Source: Trichoplax adhaerens (taxonomy: Eukaryota > Animalia > Placozoa). Taken from it: DNA of 64,000 bases. A program made the position numbers and the translations under genes. This document shows, piece by piece, positions 27,733 through 41,196 of the stretch. How positions within the stretch are numbered: position 1 is the stretch's first letter; each line of letters opens with the position of its first letter. Location of the stretch: positions 8,769,070 to 8,833,069 of the forward strand of contig NW_002060943.1 of the NCBI RefSeq assembly GCF_000150275.1, read 5' to 3'. A model generated the notes under the pieces. The model was not told the DNA's origin and ran no database searches. It saw nothing but the letters and a program-made list of their open reading frames with translations.

Positions 27733-29211
27733 ATGAACGAGACTACCAATGGTAGTTACTTTATTCTGAATGTGAATCGAGATTTTGCTGTCGTATCTAT
27801 GGTCTTCCAAACCTTTTTCTTGGTAGTTGGTGTACCAGCAAATGCTTTAGTTTGCTTTTTTACATTTCGCAAAAAAAAGGATATTAAACTAAGTGACATT
27901 ATTATATCGATGCTAGCAATATCAGATGGTCTCTACACTATTGTCAGGTAAATAATTAAATTTTTTTATTACTTCAAAGCCGATATTTATATATTTTGTT
28001 ATAGAAGTTGTAGAGTCAATTTTTGGAGAGAGATGAAGTTTTATAGTATCGGTCAATTTTAATGATCGGTAATGAGTAACTGGATCTAGACTGCTTTATA
28101 TTAAAATACATTATTTCGCATCTACTAGTAGAAATTTAATAGGACCCACATCTATTATTTTACGAAATTATTACAATTTGATTATCTATTCACTAATGTT
28201 TACGTATATCTATTTTTCTTTCCTGTATGATGGTTCGATCGATAATTTTTTTCAATTCGATGGTCTACTTCTTTGGTTATACCGGTTATTATATCTGGAG
28301 ACAGTTATATCGTTTTCTTTCCTGCTATGTATAGAGCTTCTATCGGTCGAACTCCTGTTTATCCCACATCGACAATTAGTTGTCGAATCGAAGTTGGGTT
28401 ACCTCTATACTTTGGAATAGTCAATATCTATTGCATGACTGTATTAGCGGTGACAAGATACATCGCTATAGTTACGCCGCAGCGTATGATTACTGTGAGG
28501 AGGCGACACGGAATCTTGATTATATCACTTTTAACTTGGACTTTACCATTGATTTTTACTTTACCACAAATATTTGGTTATTGGGGTGGTTTTAGTTATA
28601 CTAATGGTCTTGGTATATGCCTCGGCGTTTATCATTATAGCCAAGGATTCTTAACTGGTTCTTACTATATATGCTTAATTTTGTTTGTAGTTCAATTTCC
28701 GACTTTAATTATCGGTTGGTGCTATCATCAAATTTACCTTGAAGTGAAAAGAAGCCGTTTGCGTATTAGCCAATTCCGTTCTAGTACCGAACATGATGAT
28801 CCATCCGCTTCTAGCCACTCACGAGGAACTAAGCGAAATATAACTATCTCTGGCAATCAAGGAAATCGTTCTAGTAGAAGGCGGGAACCCGAAAATCGAA
28901 AAGCCGAAATTGCTATCGCTAAAACTTTAGTAATTATTTTTGTTACATTTCAAATTTCATTCATGCCCTATAGTGTAGTATCTTTCTATAATTTCATCAG
29001 TCATACTTCTTACACAGTCTTACTTCAACTTGGCTTACTGTTTGTGACTTACATTGGTAATGTAGCCAATCCCTATATATTTTTATTTCGTAGTGATAAG
29101 TTTCAAAAATTCTGCAACTGGCGTTTAATGAAATGTTGTCAAAAGGGAAGATTTAACACTAAAGTTAGGCCAGTACGTTTACCTGATACTGAGCTTTCAT
29201 CACCTTCATAA
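27733..29211 (+). CDS. Rhodopsin-class orphan GPCR, paralog 3
   Basis: Exon 1 27733-27947 (GVPAN, LAISD; AG|GTAAAT) and exon 2 28305-29211 (CAG acceptor placed by homology to the paralogs: S-YIVFFP). Motifs AVTRY, FGYWGGF..C, SFMP, NPYIF. Confidence 0.9.
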
Positions 29212-32200
29212 GAAACTGCTTCTGCCCAATTTTTTTCTTTTATCTGAATGATGTATTTATGATTAACCATTTCATTAAACATTCTTTAAGGTGAATATTA
29301 GTATCTCACTCTATGATGAGGATAATAAGAAAGAATTTTATAAATTTACTTTTCGCATTACAACATTATTCATTCTTATCGTAATCTTTAAATCAGGAAA
29401 ACATAGCTGCTGTAATTGGTTATAAATTTGTGATATTAATTCACGTAATAGAAAATATCCAACCAATTATAAGATTCTACATTTCATCGTTTAGAAATTG
29501 CTGAGGAGAATATAATTCATTTTTTATTAGGTGCATAATAATCTTTAACAAACTTCTTCAAATGAGAATGTTGATAATAACTTTACTCTTTAAATTGACT
29601 CATTTACTTATAATCAATTTACCCCCCCCCCTGTAATTTAGGTGAAGATATCATATTATTTAATTAATTGACGATGCAAAATTATTTACCATTACAAAAT
29701 GGTGTAAACAATTTATTTCCTTAAATTTTTCTTAGATTTATTAAATTATTTTGTCAGGTTTGATGGTTGGCCTCCATTGGCCTGAAAACTGTACAGTGTA
29801 CACTGTATAGTTTGTAACGAGTATATATGCAGTTATTAAGCATATATATGATTATAGCCGGCAAAATAGTATATCAATACGCAAGTACTGTAATTTCGGT
29901 ATACTTACTGTGCATAAGAATACACAGGTATAATTAAATATAATTATTAAATATCGATTAAAATATCGCATTATAAACTACTATATAAATCTTTAACTTA
30001 TGGATTGATATTTCAGCATTGATCTGAAGATATGTGCGAGTATATTGCCTTATCCCATGGTTAAGAAACAATTTTTATTTGCTTCGTTATCATCTTTCCT
30101 TCAACCAATTTTAAAACTCCAAAATAAAAGTTAATACAAAATATGCAGGAAGGAATTGTAAAATTGACTATCACTATCTCTATTTGAGCTCGTATTTTAC
30201 ACTTAGTTATAACGGTAAAAATAACAGTTATCGTATTAAAAAATTGTAATTTAGTATCACGGTATATCTTAACCATTTCATTTTTATTAATCGTTATTGA
30301 GGGCCTAATTAATCGTTTAAGTCTGCCTTTACTTAGATAAATTGTAACAATGATGCAAGTTAATAGTAGCTGTAAATTATAAATACGGGGAAGTCAATGG
30401 TATCAAAATAGTTTAAGATTAGGAATGTTATCCTATATCAAGCCAGTCAGTACGATAGCCCCTGTATTCGTCTAAACTAGAAAAGATTAGACAAACGTTG
30501 CTCTACATCCTTCTGTAAACGTTGTCAATATGTCTAGTTCCATGATTTCCTAGTTTTCTAGTGATTTTGTGAACTGATTAAAAAATGAAATCACCAACTG
30601 TCGATTCTAGAAACCTGAATTGTAATCAAATTTGTAAACTGTTTAAGAATAAAATGCGGACTGGTCTCTCGAAAAAAAATTAAATTATTTATAGTGATGT
30701 GTATGATTGAATAACAGTTATTAAGCTTTTTACAGACAATACAGTAACTACGTTCTAGAGCAAAAAGATAATAAGGTGGTTCATTGGCGCTTATTTACTA
30801 TTTATTGGTAACAGCTACGTAAAAATCAAGATAATTAATTTTTAACAAAAATTTCGAAGACTATGATAATAAAAACATTCGTGATGGTTTTCCTTATGCA
30901 AGACAATTGAGTACTACAGATTTTGTAATTCTAAAATAGTCATTTGTGTAGATTGAACCTTAATTATTGTAGCAATGTCTTGAACTGTCGATGTACTATT
31001 TTATATTTTATCTACTTTTTGTTACTTCGTACTAATGTAGTTGAAATATGAAATGTAATAAAATATTTACATATATTTATCACCTCCTATGGGATAGAAT
31101 AATTATACTTCATAACCAGAAAATTTTACGTATGTCAGATATTTATAAGCCTTCAGCTTGTCACAAAATTATAACAGATTAAAATTTCAAGAAAAAAATT
31201 GAGAACTTTTCAAACCGCTTTGTCTAATATATACTCTGATTACATACTATGTAAGTGCTATAGAAATCACAGATATAAAGTTCTCACCAGGTAACAGTAT
31301 GTTTTCATATAATTACAACGCACCAAGTACAAATCAAGATGTCTAGATTTCTAGTTTTACTGCCTATTAATCTATTTGTTTACTAATTATCTTTCTTAAC
31401 TTATATTAAAAGAGAGTAACCCACAAATTATTCTAGTCCTATCACGGTTGAGCAATAATTAACTTATTCTTTTGCGTGAGGAAATTGGCCAATATGATTA
31501 ATAAACGATTATATCATCTTTTATCAACGGAGGTCGTTTACGATATCCTATAGAACATCATTTTGTTTTCATTAAAGTATTAAATCATTCCAGCTATCAA
31601 TTGATATGAACTTAAATACTTTTGCTATGATTTCCTTAATTTTTTAATTTCTTACATATCATATGACGCTTTTTGTGTAAAGCAGAAAACTATAATTAAG
31701 TAATGCGTGCAATCGAAGTCAACACACAGAAAATTGGCATTAATGATACATTAGTTATCAAAAATATGAAGAAGATAAATAGGTAGCAATCAGTTGACGA
31801 TAAAGTCAATTTGAATTTCCATTATTAATTTTGTCGAAGATCTGTGAAAATTTTACGGCATTAAAGATAGATACAATATACTCATTTCTAACCCTTTTTC
31901 GAGCTTACCAGCAGTAGAAATATATGCCAGTGTTCGTTATATTGAGTAAAGATTCTATAGTAATTCGTATTAACTGCAAATCAATTTGTCAAGCACCATA
32001 GCTTATCGGTTATAGTCAAGCTAAGTCTTTACTATCTTGCTATTTTTGCAACTATTCCATGTATTTATTAAAAAGTAAGGCTATACCAAATTTAATGATG
32101 TTTACTACTTATTGATTCGATTTTATATTTTTAATCATGGCATAAGCTCTGTTTTTCGGAAAAGTTATCATACATACAATTAGATAGTGCATACAATCAC

Positions 32201-32880
32201 TATAGTTCTTAGATTATCAATGTCAGTTAATTAAGACTACAGCTCTACAAATAAATATATTCAGTACTGTCTTACGTTAAAGATGATGGTGAGTCACCAT
32301 AACTGATGCTATGATTGTAAATACCAAGTTAAAAAAAAATCTATGCTAAATTTAACGAATAGCTTATCATTTGCTTTTTTAAAGTATAGTCTGTGATAAA
32401 ATTTGGCAATTTCAATGATTTGGCAGCATAATTGTTAAAAACTAGCGTAAATTGCCTTAAGAAAAAAATCTGTCGCATTTGTTTGTCAAGACAACAGTAA
32501 GCTTTCTTAGTTTATTACAGAATATTTGATAGCGTTATCATACGAAAATAGTGTATTAGCTTGCACGATATTATCAGATGACAGTAAAGACACTAGAATA
32601 ATAGTACTCAAAATATTAAATTTATTTAGACATCAAGTACAATAGTAACAAGGTTTTTTCCCCTTATACCATACAACGCGAATGGTATTTACATATAGTA
32701 AGTCATCATTAATGAAAAAATATACAATTAGTCACGATATTGGTAAAAGTAATTAAGATACAATGTATTACTATAGAATAACATGTTGAGATACTAGATT
32801 GCCCTAAGGCATAGTACAGACCTTTTATATATATCACTATACATTGATGAAAGTCATTATATTATTCATACCTATATCAA

Positions 32881-32946
32881 TGTAACACGTCATCAGTTTA
32901 CGGGAATATGCGATTCAAACCGATAAATTGAAGCAATATTGTTACA
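32881..32946. mobile_element. 66-bp miniature TG...CA element
   Basis: Perfect 7-bp terminal inverted repeat TGTAACA/TGTTACA and 5-bp direct flank ATCAA (32876-32880 / 32947-32951). Confidence 0.5.
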
Positions 32947-35900
32947 ATCAACTATATATTAATAAGCAAGCTAACTGTATTGTATGGTGTTTCACGTTGT
33001 ACATTATCAATATTGTATGATTAAACTGAAATTGTTTATCTCTTTTTATGCTAATCATTAACTTAGATTAAGCTATGACAAAAATAAAGAAAGTATACCA
33101 CCATTGTCACTGGTTTGATTCCGCTTTTATCAGCATAATAATGACAGAGACCCGCTCATACTACGTGACTGCCGATTTATTTCTATAGGAAATAAGGACT
33201 ATGTTCTGGAGACTAATTATATTATTTTTTAAAATTAAATATGCTACCTAAATTACTATCATTCATTTCTGTACCGTGTAATAGCATTTCAGAGCAACAG
33301 AACATATAAACTGTGGCCGGTCCTGATAGTTATTATGGAGCTCGATCCATGTTTTGTGGTAATTTAAAATAATATTGACGTCTGACGAATTCAGCTAAAT
33401 TATTAATTTATTTATGTTTAGCCTAAATCGCAAAGCCTTAATTGCTATATTGATAGTTAGAGGAAGTATAGTAAATATCGATATGGTGGATGCCAAATAT
33501 TTGCCGGTGCTGTCTTCGAGAAGTGTTAAGTAACTGATTTGATAATTAATATTAATTAATAAATTTTAACAGTGCTTAATAGCACCTATTTATGCTATAA
33601 ATATTAATATTGATAAAGGTTATAAAATTTATTAGCTCATAGTAAACTGTATTATCTCGAGAAAAATAAGCTCCAGCGCCTGTGTGTACTGTGCAATAAT
33701 GTACATAGTCATAAAAATTATATTAAGAGCTGGGATATCGCTTTTTTAGATAGAGTTTCAATTATGTTGTAGTAGAGTACACTATAATAATTCGTAATCT
33801 GATTCAATAAAGACCTTAACCGTAAACGCTATCATTTATCTCTTACGAACAGTAAACACTTGAATAAATTTGTTTCCGTCACTGCAGGTCTCTTCTACTT
33901 AAACGGAGATCAACTAAGAGTAGGTAGTAAAGTTTTGCTACGATCAAGCAGACTGCTTCGCGGCAATAGTTAAAGTAGTAATTTAAATTATAGATTTAAA
34001 TGTAAACATACGAAAGTAACGGTATACCGGTGCCTTCATGCCTGAATTAAAATATTTAGCACTGTGGTAAAAAACAGTCTCAACTCCAGTTATCCTTTTA
34101 AATTACTGTACTTACTATCGTTTAAAGCTGGAAGCTTTTAGTATCTGGGCTAATACGTATAGTTTGCACATAATGAAGGGCTAACAAAATCGGATAGGAT
34201 AATACCTTTTGTGATAAGTAGCGTAATTAAATCGATATATGAGTCGAAGATCTCAAATGCATATACTGAACTTTATTTATTTTGGCAAGTAGTACTTAAT
34301 TATATTACCATGAAACTCAGTAGACTTTAGGTTACGTTTACCCTTCCGCAAACAATATATACGTACAATTGCACTCGAAATGGTATTGCTGATTACATGC
34401 ATTTGGAGATATCTTGATTTTTGAGATTAATATTTTAATTTAATTAACTGAATGAAATAACTTCGCCATATTGATAACGCTACACTATTTATGGTAATTA
34501 AATTAAAGTTAATTTATTCTAATACTTAACATTTAGAGTACGGGTGTAAAATGAAATAAGACCAGCTATGGAATTGTATTTTTAATCAAAATGGTAGACT
34601 TTATTTTGTATAAAAATGATTTTACCATAGAAATTTAGTAAGAATAGTAAGTAAAACATCATGCTACCTGTATCATTTTTGTCTATGCTTGCATAAAACA
34701 TGGGCACCTCTGTTACTGATTTTAACACTAAAACATCCTTATACTGTACTATGTGCTTTTGCAGCTTACTCTTTTACAGTATAAGTACGGTAGCAATATC
34801 ATCATACCTACGTGAAGCGACCTAGTCAAACCCTAATGTAATTATGTTACACTGCCAATTATTCAATATCACTCATTGCGCACGTAGCTATTATAGGTTG
34901 CAAGTTTTCTTCAAATATGTACTCCGCCACTGCTATATCTGCAACGATGGAAATGCGATTTATTAATAAAAGCTCAGTGATAAGGCGTTTTCAAACTCTT
35001 TAAATGACGCTTATTATTTTTGTTAATACTTCACTTCATTAATTAGACTTTGTTTCGTCTAGCTATACTTATCTACCTTTTATTATCTATTTAAGACTTA
35101 TTAATAACTAGCCGAAAAGACAAGCTCAGCTGTGTAAGTAATATAATTTATGCCTGATATATATAACTTTTATCCCTTACGTTATTTTAGTAATGCCATC
35201 GTATATACAATCATATTTTGCTGATTAAGTTGCACGGTCTAGCCAAATCTACTACCGTACGATCTATTTCTAACCAATGCTAACAATTAAAGTTTTACAG
35301 GAAATTCTTCACAATGTCAAATTACTAGATTTAGCCCACCGTATTAATATCTAAAAAGTCGTCGTAAATCGGTCACAAAAGGGTTACACCACGTACTATC
35401 AGTATTATCTCAGAATAGATACTAGCACAATCTTACAATCAACTCGCAACCTGAACTATTTTCCTAAAATGTTTAATTCTATCTTAAGCTAATTTGGGGA
35501 GCACACTATTGACCCATTTATAAACGAGTCTACAAGTATACAGAACGTATTTACCATTAATGGGGTTAGAGTTATAGCGATAAGGATAGGACTTCGTTTT
35601 AAACCAATATTGTTACTTTTCTTCGACAAATAATTTGCAAGATTCGATACAAGCGTGGTATATTAGCAGATAATTCCTAGCGTCTGAATTTTTACTTTTA
35701 ACTCAGCAAATCTACTACTTTGGATAATAAGGATTGGAATTATCCTTCTTATGCTACCTTCCATGCTGATATTATGACACTTTTGCGCCTTTTTATCTTT
35801 TGCAGGTAAACTTTTAATCAAGGTTGATAAGTTAACTTCAGCTAATTACTAAAGCTATAGTTATAACTACCGCTATTTCCCATTTAAAATATTTTTAACC

Positions 35901-36405
35901 TTGGTGTGCGTAAAATGAACGTATATTCACGCTTACAATATGTAGTAAACACGGCTAAATTTCGGCGTTACCAGTAAATTGATCACAGTAATGATTATAA
36001 ACTTTCACGAATATAAAGCACTTGAATGCCAGCCTTCTTTAATAATTACAAAAATAACTGTACATTTCAGTGTTAAAGACAAGAAATAATATGAAAGTTA
36101 TGATTTAAGGATTTGCGTATAGGATACAGTTGAATAAGGTAAGCAAGGCAATAATATAAGACAAATAGTGATTAATTTAGTATAATAGCATGCGAAGTAG
36201 TAAATTGTAAGAAACTGGCAATGCCTCTACATTACAGTACTTTACTTCTATGTAACCAGTTACGTTTATATTCACAGAACTCTGTCCTATAGTATACTAA
36301 AGTTACAATTTATTCCGATATGTCTATAGCGTAGTTGCCGTAGTAAAGCAGTATCGCGGAGTCCAAAGGTTTTATTTAAGGTCTCTTGAAGTATCAGTAC
36401 AGTCT

Positions 36406-39400
36406 TTAAATCCATATATCCGACGTACAATCTCCGCCTGGATATCGAACCTCATGAGCTAGCGCAGGACCATCTGGCTCTTTACCAAAATCCACACAAA
36501 GGTTCGAAAGTGTTAATCCACCTTTTTCAGTATTAACGTCGATTTGTAGCAAAACCGATCCAGTTCTAGAAAATGAGGTTATAGAAAATTTAAGATTGTA
36601 CATATTCCAATATGATTTAATAGATACGCTACATTAGTATCTAGCTATAAACTTATGAAATAACACTATTGTGTCGGATAACACGAGTAGATTTGTGACC
36701 TTCACAAAGGGGAATATTTCGGTACTTAGTACATACTTTAATAAATTTGGATAAAACTGTTTATCCCAAGGACTAAATAGTGATGTGGTAACGAACAGAC
36801 GTTTGCCATCTAAACTTAGTTGTAACATTTGAGGGGCTCCATCAATGTTTCGGTTATTAAGGATAAGTGGATCAGGTTGCTCTTCAAGCTCGGAGTCTTG
36901 GATTACCTTGACCGGCCCTGTCTTTACAATACTTCCACCAAGGAAGATCTTTAAGATAGTAAAATGAAAAAATTAGTTTCAAATTTATAAAAGAGAAGCT
37001 AGCACAAGTTAGATGAAACATGAAGTTATACGAGCGCATTTCGTCATCTTTGTTTTACTAAAAGTAAATGGTTTTGCTGTGATTCGAATAACTTGGGTAA
37101 AAGTATTAAATATAATGGATCACGTTATTGCTAGAGCTGGTGTATACTATACCAGCATTTTATATTCTGCCTTCGCTATCTTCGAAGATATTTATTTTTA
37201 TGCTGTATACTAATCTAATAATGCTAGTATTTAAAAAGAATTTGAGATTAAATCTAATTTATTTGTCACTGCCTTTCACGAAGACATATAGTTACTTCGT
37301 TTAGTGGTATTGAACTGCGTTTTGCGCTAAACGATCAACTAGAAACTGGCATTATATACGAATTATGTCATACGAGTACGTGTATATGTGTTGGTAATCG
37401 TCCTGTCATACCTGTCCGACGAGTCTTGGGTTAGCCCTATCAGTTATGTCGTACTGTCTTATATCACCATGTAACCAGTTCGAAAAATACAAATATCGAT
37501 CGTCCAAAGACAGAATAATATCGGTTATAAGACCTAATATGATTTTATAGGATAAGATTCAAATTTTAAGAATAAAGTAATTATCAAATAATGATAGCGT
37601 AACATCGTACCTGGCATTTCGGGTAGGACCCATCCTTCTACTTTTTTTGGAAGTACCTGAATTGCTTTATGAGCGGCCCAATCTCCTTTCTATAGATTTA
37701 CATTTTATAGTAATTGTTTAAATTTTCAAAACGAAGTTTGGAGCAGAAACAAATATTAAATACATGACCTAGAAGTTTACCTCCGTTTTATAAAATCTAA
37801 ATATAGCGCTACTCAGAGCACATCCCACGTATCCTTGAGTTTCATTGGGATCATGTAAGAAACGAATTTCTAGTGGTGTTATTCCTTCGTTCCCAAGGCG
37901 GATTACCTGCTGTAGGGTATGATCTTCCCAATTGTAAACGTTGAGACTGCTACCATATTTACCTTAAAAATAATTATTCAGTTTTCATATCACTAGTGTA
38001 TCTGATGCAATAATTAATATTTAATATACTGTGATAGAACTCTTATAGAATGCCGGAATACATTCATCAGTAGCCTACAAATGGCTAATTATTTGTGGTT
38101 ATTATATATTTTATGAGTTGAATTTTCAACACTAGCTTACCATTCTGTACATCTTCCATACTAAATCCAGCACTTAGTGCATTTGGTTCTCCCCATTCAG
38201 TGCTTATCATGACGTTATGGCGAGGTTGATACCAATAATCATATCCAAATTCGGCATTATTGCCTTCCTTTTCCCAATTGCCTGTAACCTCAAATGTCTT
38301 GCCATTTATGAGTACAAATCCGCCTGTGCTCAGTAAAGGATAACTAGTATTAAGATAAGTATCATGGTATAAACATGAACGTGACAATATAGGGTTAAAA
38401 TCGATAATAAATAACTATTCACCCTTTTTTTCCCCATTTGAGTCTCCTAAGCAGCTAATCATTATATTTCCATCGGCTAGGCAATGGCTGGTATGAGGAA
38501 AGCTTAGATCAGTCTTTGAGGAAATTTCTTCCGGCTCAACCACCTAGTAAAACAATAGCAAATGCATAATTACTTTATTGTTTTATCTACCTACGCCAAT
38601 AAATCAAATTATGCAGTAGTTGTTCAATACTATATATTAATGTAAGTATAAGAAAGCAATACGTGAGTGAATAGACCGATTCCAACTGTATTTTAATAAA
38701 GCGAATTAATTAAATAATATTTACTTTGAAGATTCTTGGAGCTTTAGGGTCTGTTTTAACATCAATAACATATACTCTACTGGATTTCAGACTGGGTAAT
38801 ATCAGTTTATTACGTTCTTTAGTCGAATCTCCAAAGCAGCTACATAATGAAAAATATTAAGTGTTGTTAAATCAAATAGCCAACTGCAATTAAAGAATCT
38901 TAAAAATTATTAAATCAATTTGCAAAAACGAAACAATTATAGCATCCTATTACAACACCGATCCATTTCATAATATATATTAATTACACTATTAATTTAG
39001 AAAATTTAAATGTCTTATGCAGATCATGATATATTCTGGCTAATTATTCTGATCAGTATAAGGCAAGAGACTATGATAGCTGAGAAACTATTAGGATTAT
39101 TGTTTAGTTTGTATATCACGCGCTGTTTTGTTCGTTATAAAGCTTATAATTAATAAGCACCTGCTACAAGTATTCCAGCCTAAAGAAATAATTATAGTTA
39201 AGGAACTAATTAGCAAACCAAGAGCATATCAACATTTTAAAGTAGACAATACATTTAGAAGACCATAGAGCTAGAATCTAACACTTACAATAACTTATTT
39301 TAAGCATGCTACAAAAAACAGTACCAGATTATAGTTACGTAAAATAGAGTAATGTAGATACCTCCTGCTCACGATTTAGATTTTGCTTTAAAGTTAAACT

Positions 39401-41196
39401 TCAATCGGTGTTATTATTATCGAATTTACAGAAGATATTATGTTCTAACGGTAATTTTGCTTTCGTTTAAATTAAAAATATGTATGTGAAAAAGTATACG
39501 ACTAGTAAGCTTTTTCCAGTCAACTGTCTACAACTATTGACATTTTTATTATTTTAACATACTATGGTCTACGTTGCTACGTATCTCACTCAATTTCTAC
39601 TTGGAAGTTATCATACTGCAGTGATACCTATCTTTTTGTGTATGCATTAAAAATGATATGGTTATTCACTATATCTAAGAGTATATTTAAAAAAATACGC
39701 CGATATAGTAAAACTGACCATATTGTACTTAGGACTAAACTACTTTTAATTTATAGAAAATCTTTTTAGTAAATTCAAGACTATTTAGTCATTATACTGT
39801 AAGTATAATATTTAATTGATCATAGTATATCGAATAGTATTGATTGATGTTCTTTAATAATGATTAATTATTATTTGGAGAACTACACGCAATTCATTTA
39901 GTTACTTAGCATAGGTAGTAAAGAATACAAATTTACCTGAATGATGGATTTCGTCTCCAATGTGAAGCATAGGCAACCGGTGAATGACCTAAAACATTCA
40001 TTAACAGTAAATTAAAATAGTTGAAAAACTTGTTTTAAAATGCAGGATTAGTTACTTACGCATTTAATATTTTTACGATACGATTTAAAGATTAATTACT
40101 ATTTGTTCCTCATATCACTACTTTGATATACATTATTTATCAAATAAAATATGACAGTCGTATATAATAATATGCTTGATTCTGGGTAATTTGGCCTGGT
40201 GGTGTACTGTATAACGGTAACGTATATCGAATAATATTAGTTTACAGTCCTTAATCTAGAATATAACTTTTAAGCTTTGGAAGAATTGATAAAAATCGAT
40301 TGCAAAGTATGAACCATATAATGCAGTATTTGTCAGTTTGTAGTAGTGGAAACGTGTCTTATTGATGGAACATACTTGACCATAGGTCTCTGATTCCAAG
40401 TCAACGTCAACAGTTGCTAGATAATCTGGCTTCTTAACATCAGTATTATTATAAATGCAAGGTATATATAGTAATTTCTCTTTAGGACCTTTCATAGCAT
40501 CGATTGGTGTTAAGTATCCCGGACCGCAGCTAGAGCAAGCTATAGGCATATTTAAATGGATTAATGATAGTTAGATCATACCATGAGAACAAATTTAATA
40601 TTATAGTAATGATCAATCTCTGCGTATAACAGATTAAAAATTTAATATCTCATCAATAGATTTCCTTCTTATGTACACTTCTCAATTACTTAAGTCAGCT
40701 GTTGAAGTCTAGTAAAATCTTTATTATATTCTTATAATGAGTAAAACTAAGAATGGATCGAAATTGGATCAACGACAGATAATTTTAGCAATTTACTTTG
40801 ACATTTAAAGCATCCAAGTAAATTTATAATTATACATGCGCATATAAAAAATGAAGAATGCCAGCTGTAGGTTAACCTACTTTATGATACATTCATCTAT
40901 TTCTTCTTGCTATATATCAGTTCATAGCCTTTACTTGAATCGATATAAAAGTAGATACGCGTGCTAATACTTACGATTTATCAGTGACATTCTATATCAT
41001 AAATCACAAGCTTTGTGTAAAATTGATGAATGCTAAAATATGGACTACTGAAATATAACTGAAGTTTTTCATAGTCCGTAGCTTACGATCATTGCTTATG
41101 AATAATTATATTGAATCTTAAACACCATCTTATTTTAATAGTATTTGTCAGATTATATAAATATAAAATACGAGAATACTTTGAAACCTTACCCAT
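36406..41196 (-). CDS. SELENBP1: Selenium-binding protein 1 / methanethiol oxidase (~470 aa)
   Basis: Exons (minus strand): 41193-41196 (ATGG), 40376-40539, 39937-39988, 39161-39179, 38725-38839, 38423-38543, 38141-38323, 37781-37962, 37611-37689, 37412-37533, 36737-36948, 36406-36565. Total 1413 nt, all phases consistent. Motifs [77 protein letters not shown]. An unspliced start at ATG 40549 is an alternative. Confidence 0.96.

Noticed and set aside
9589-29211. Calling the GPCRs true opsins
   Set aside because: No Lys at the 7.43 (K296) position in any paralog.
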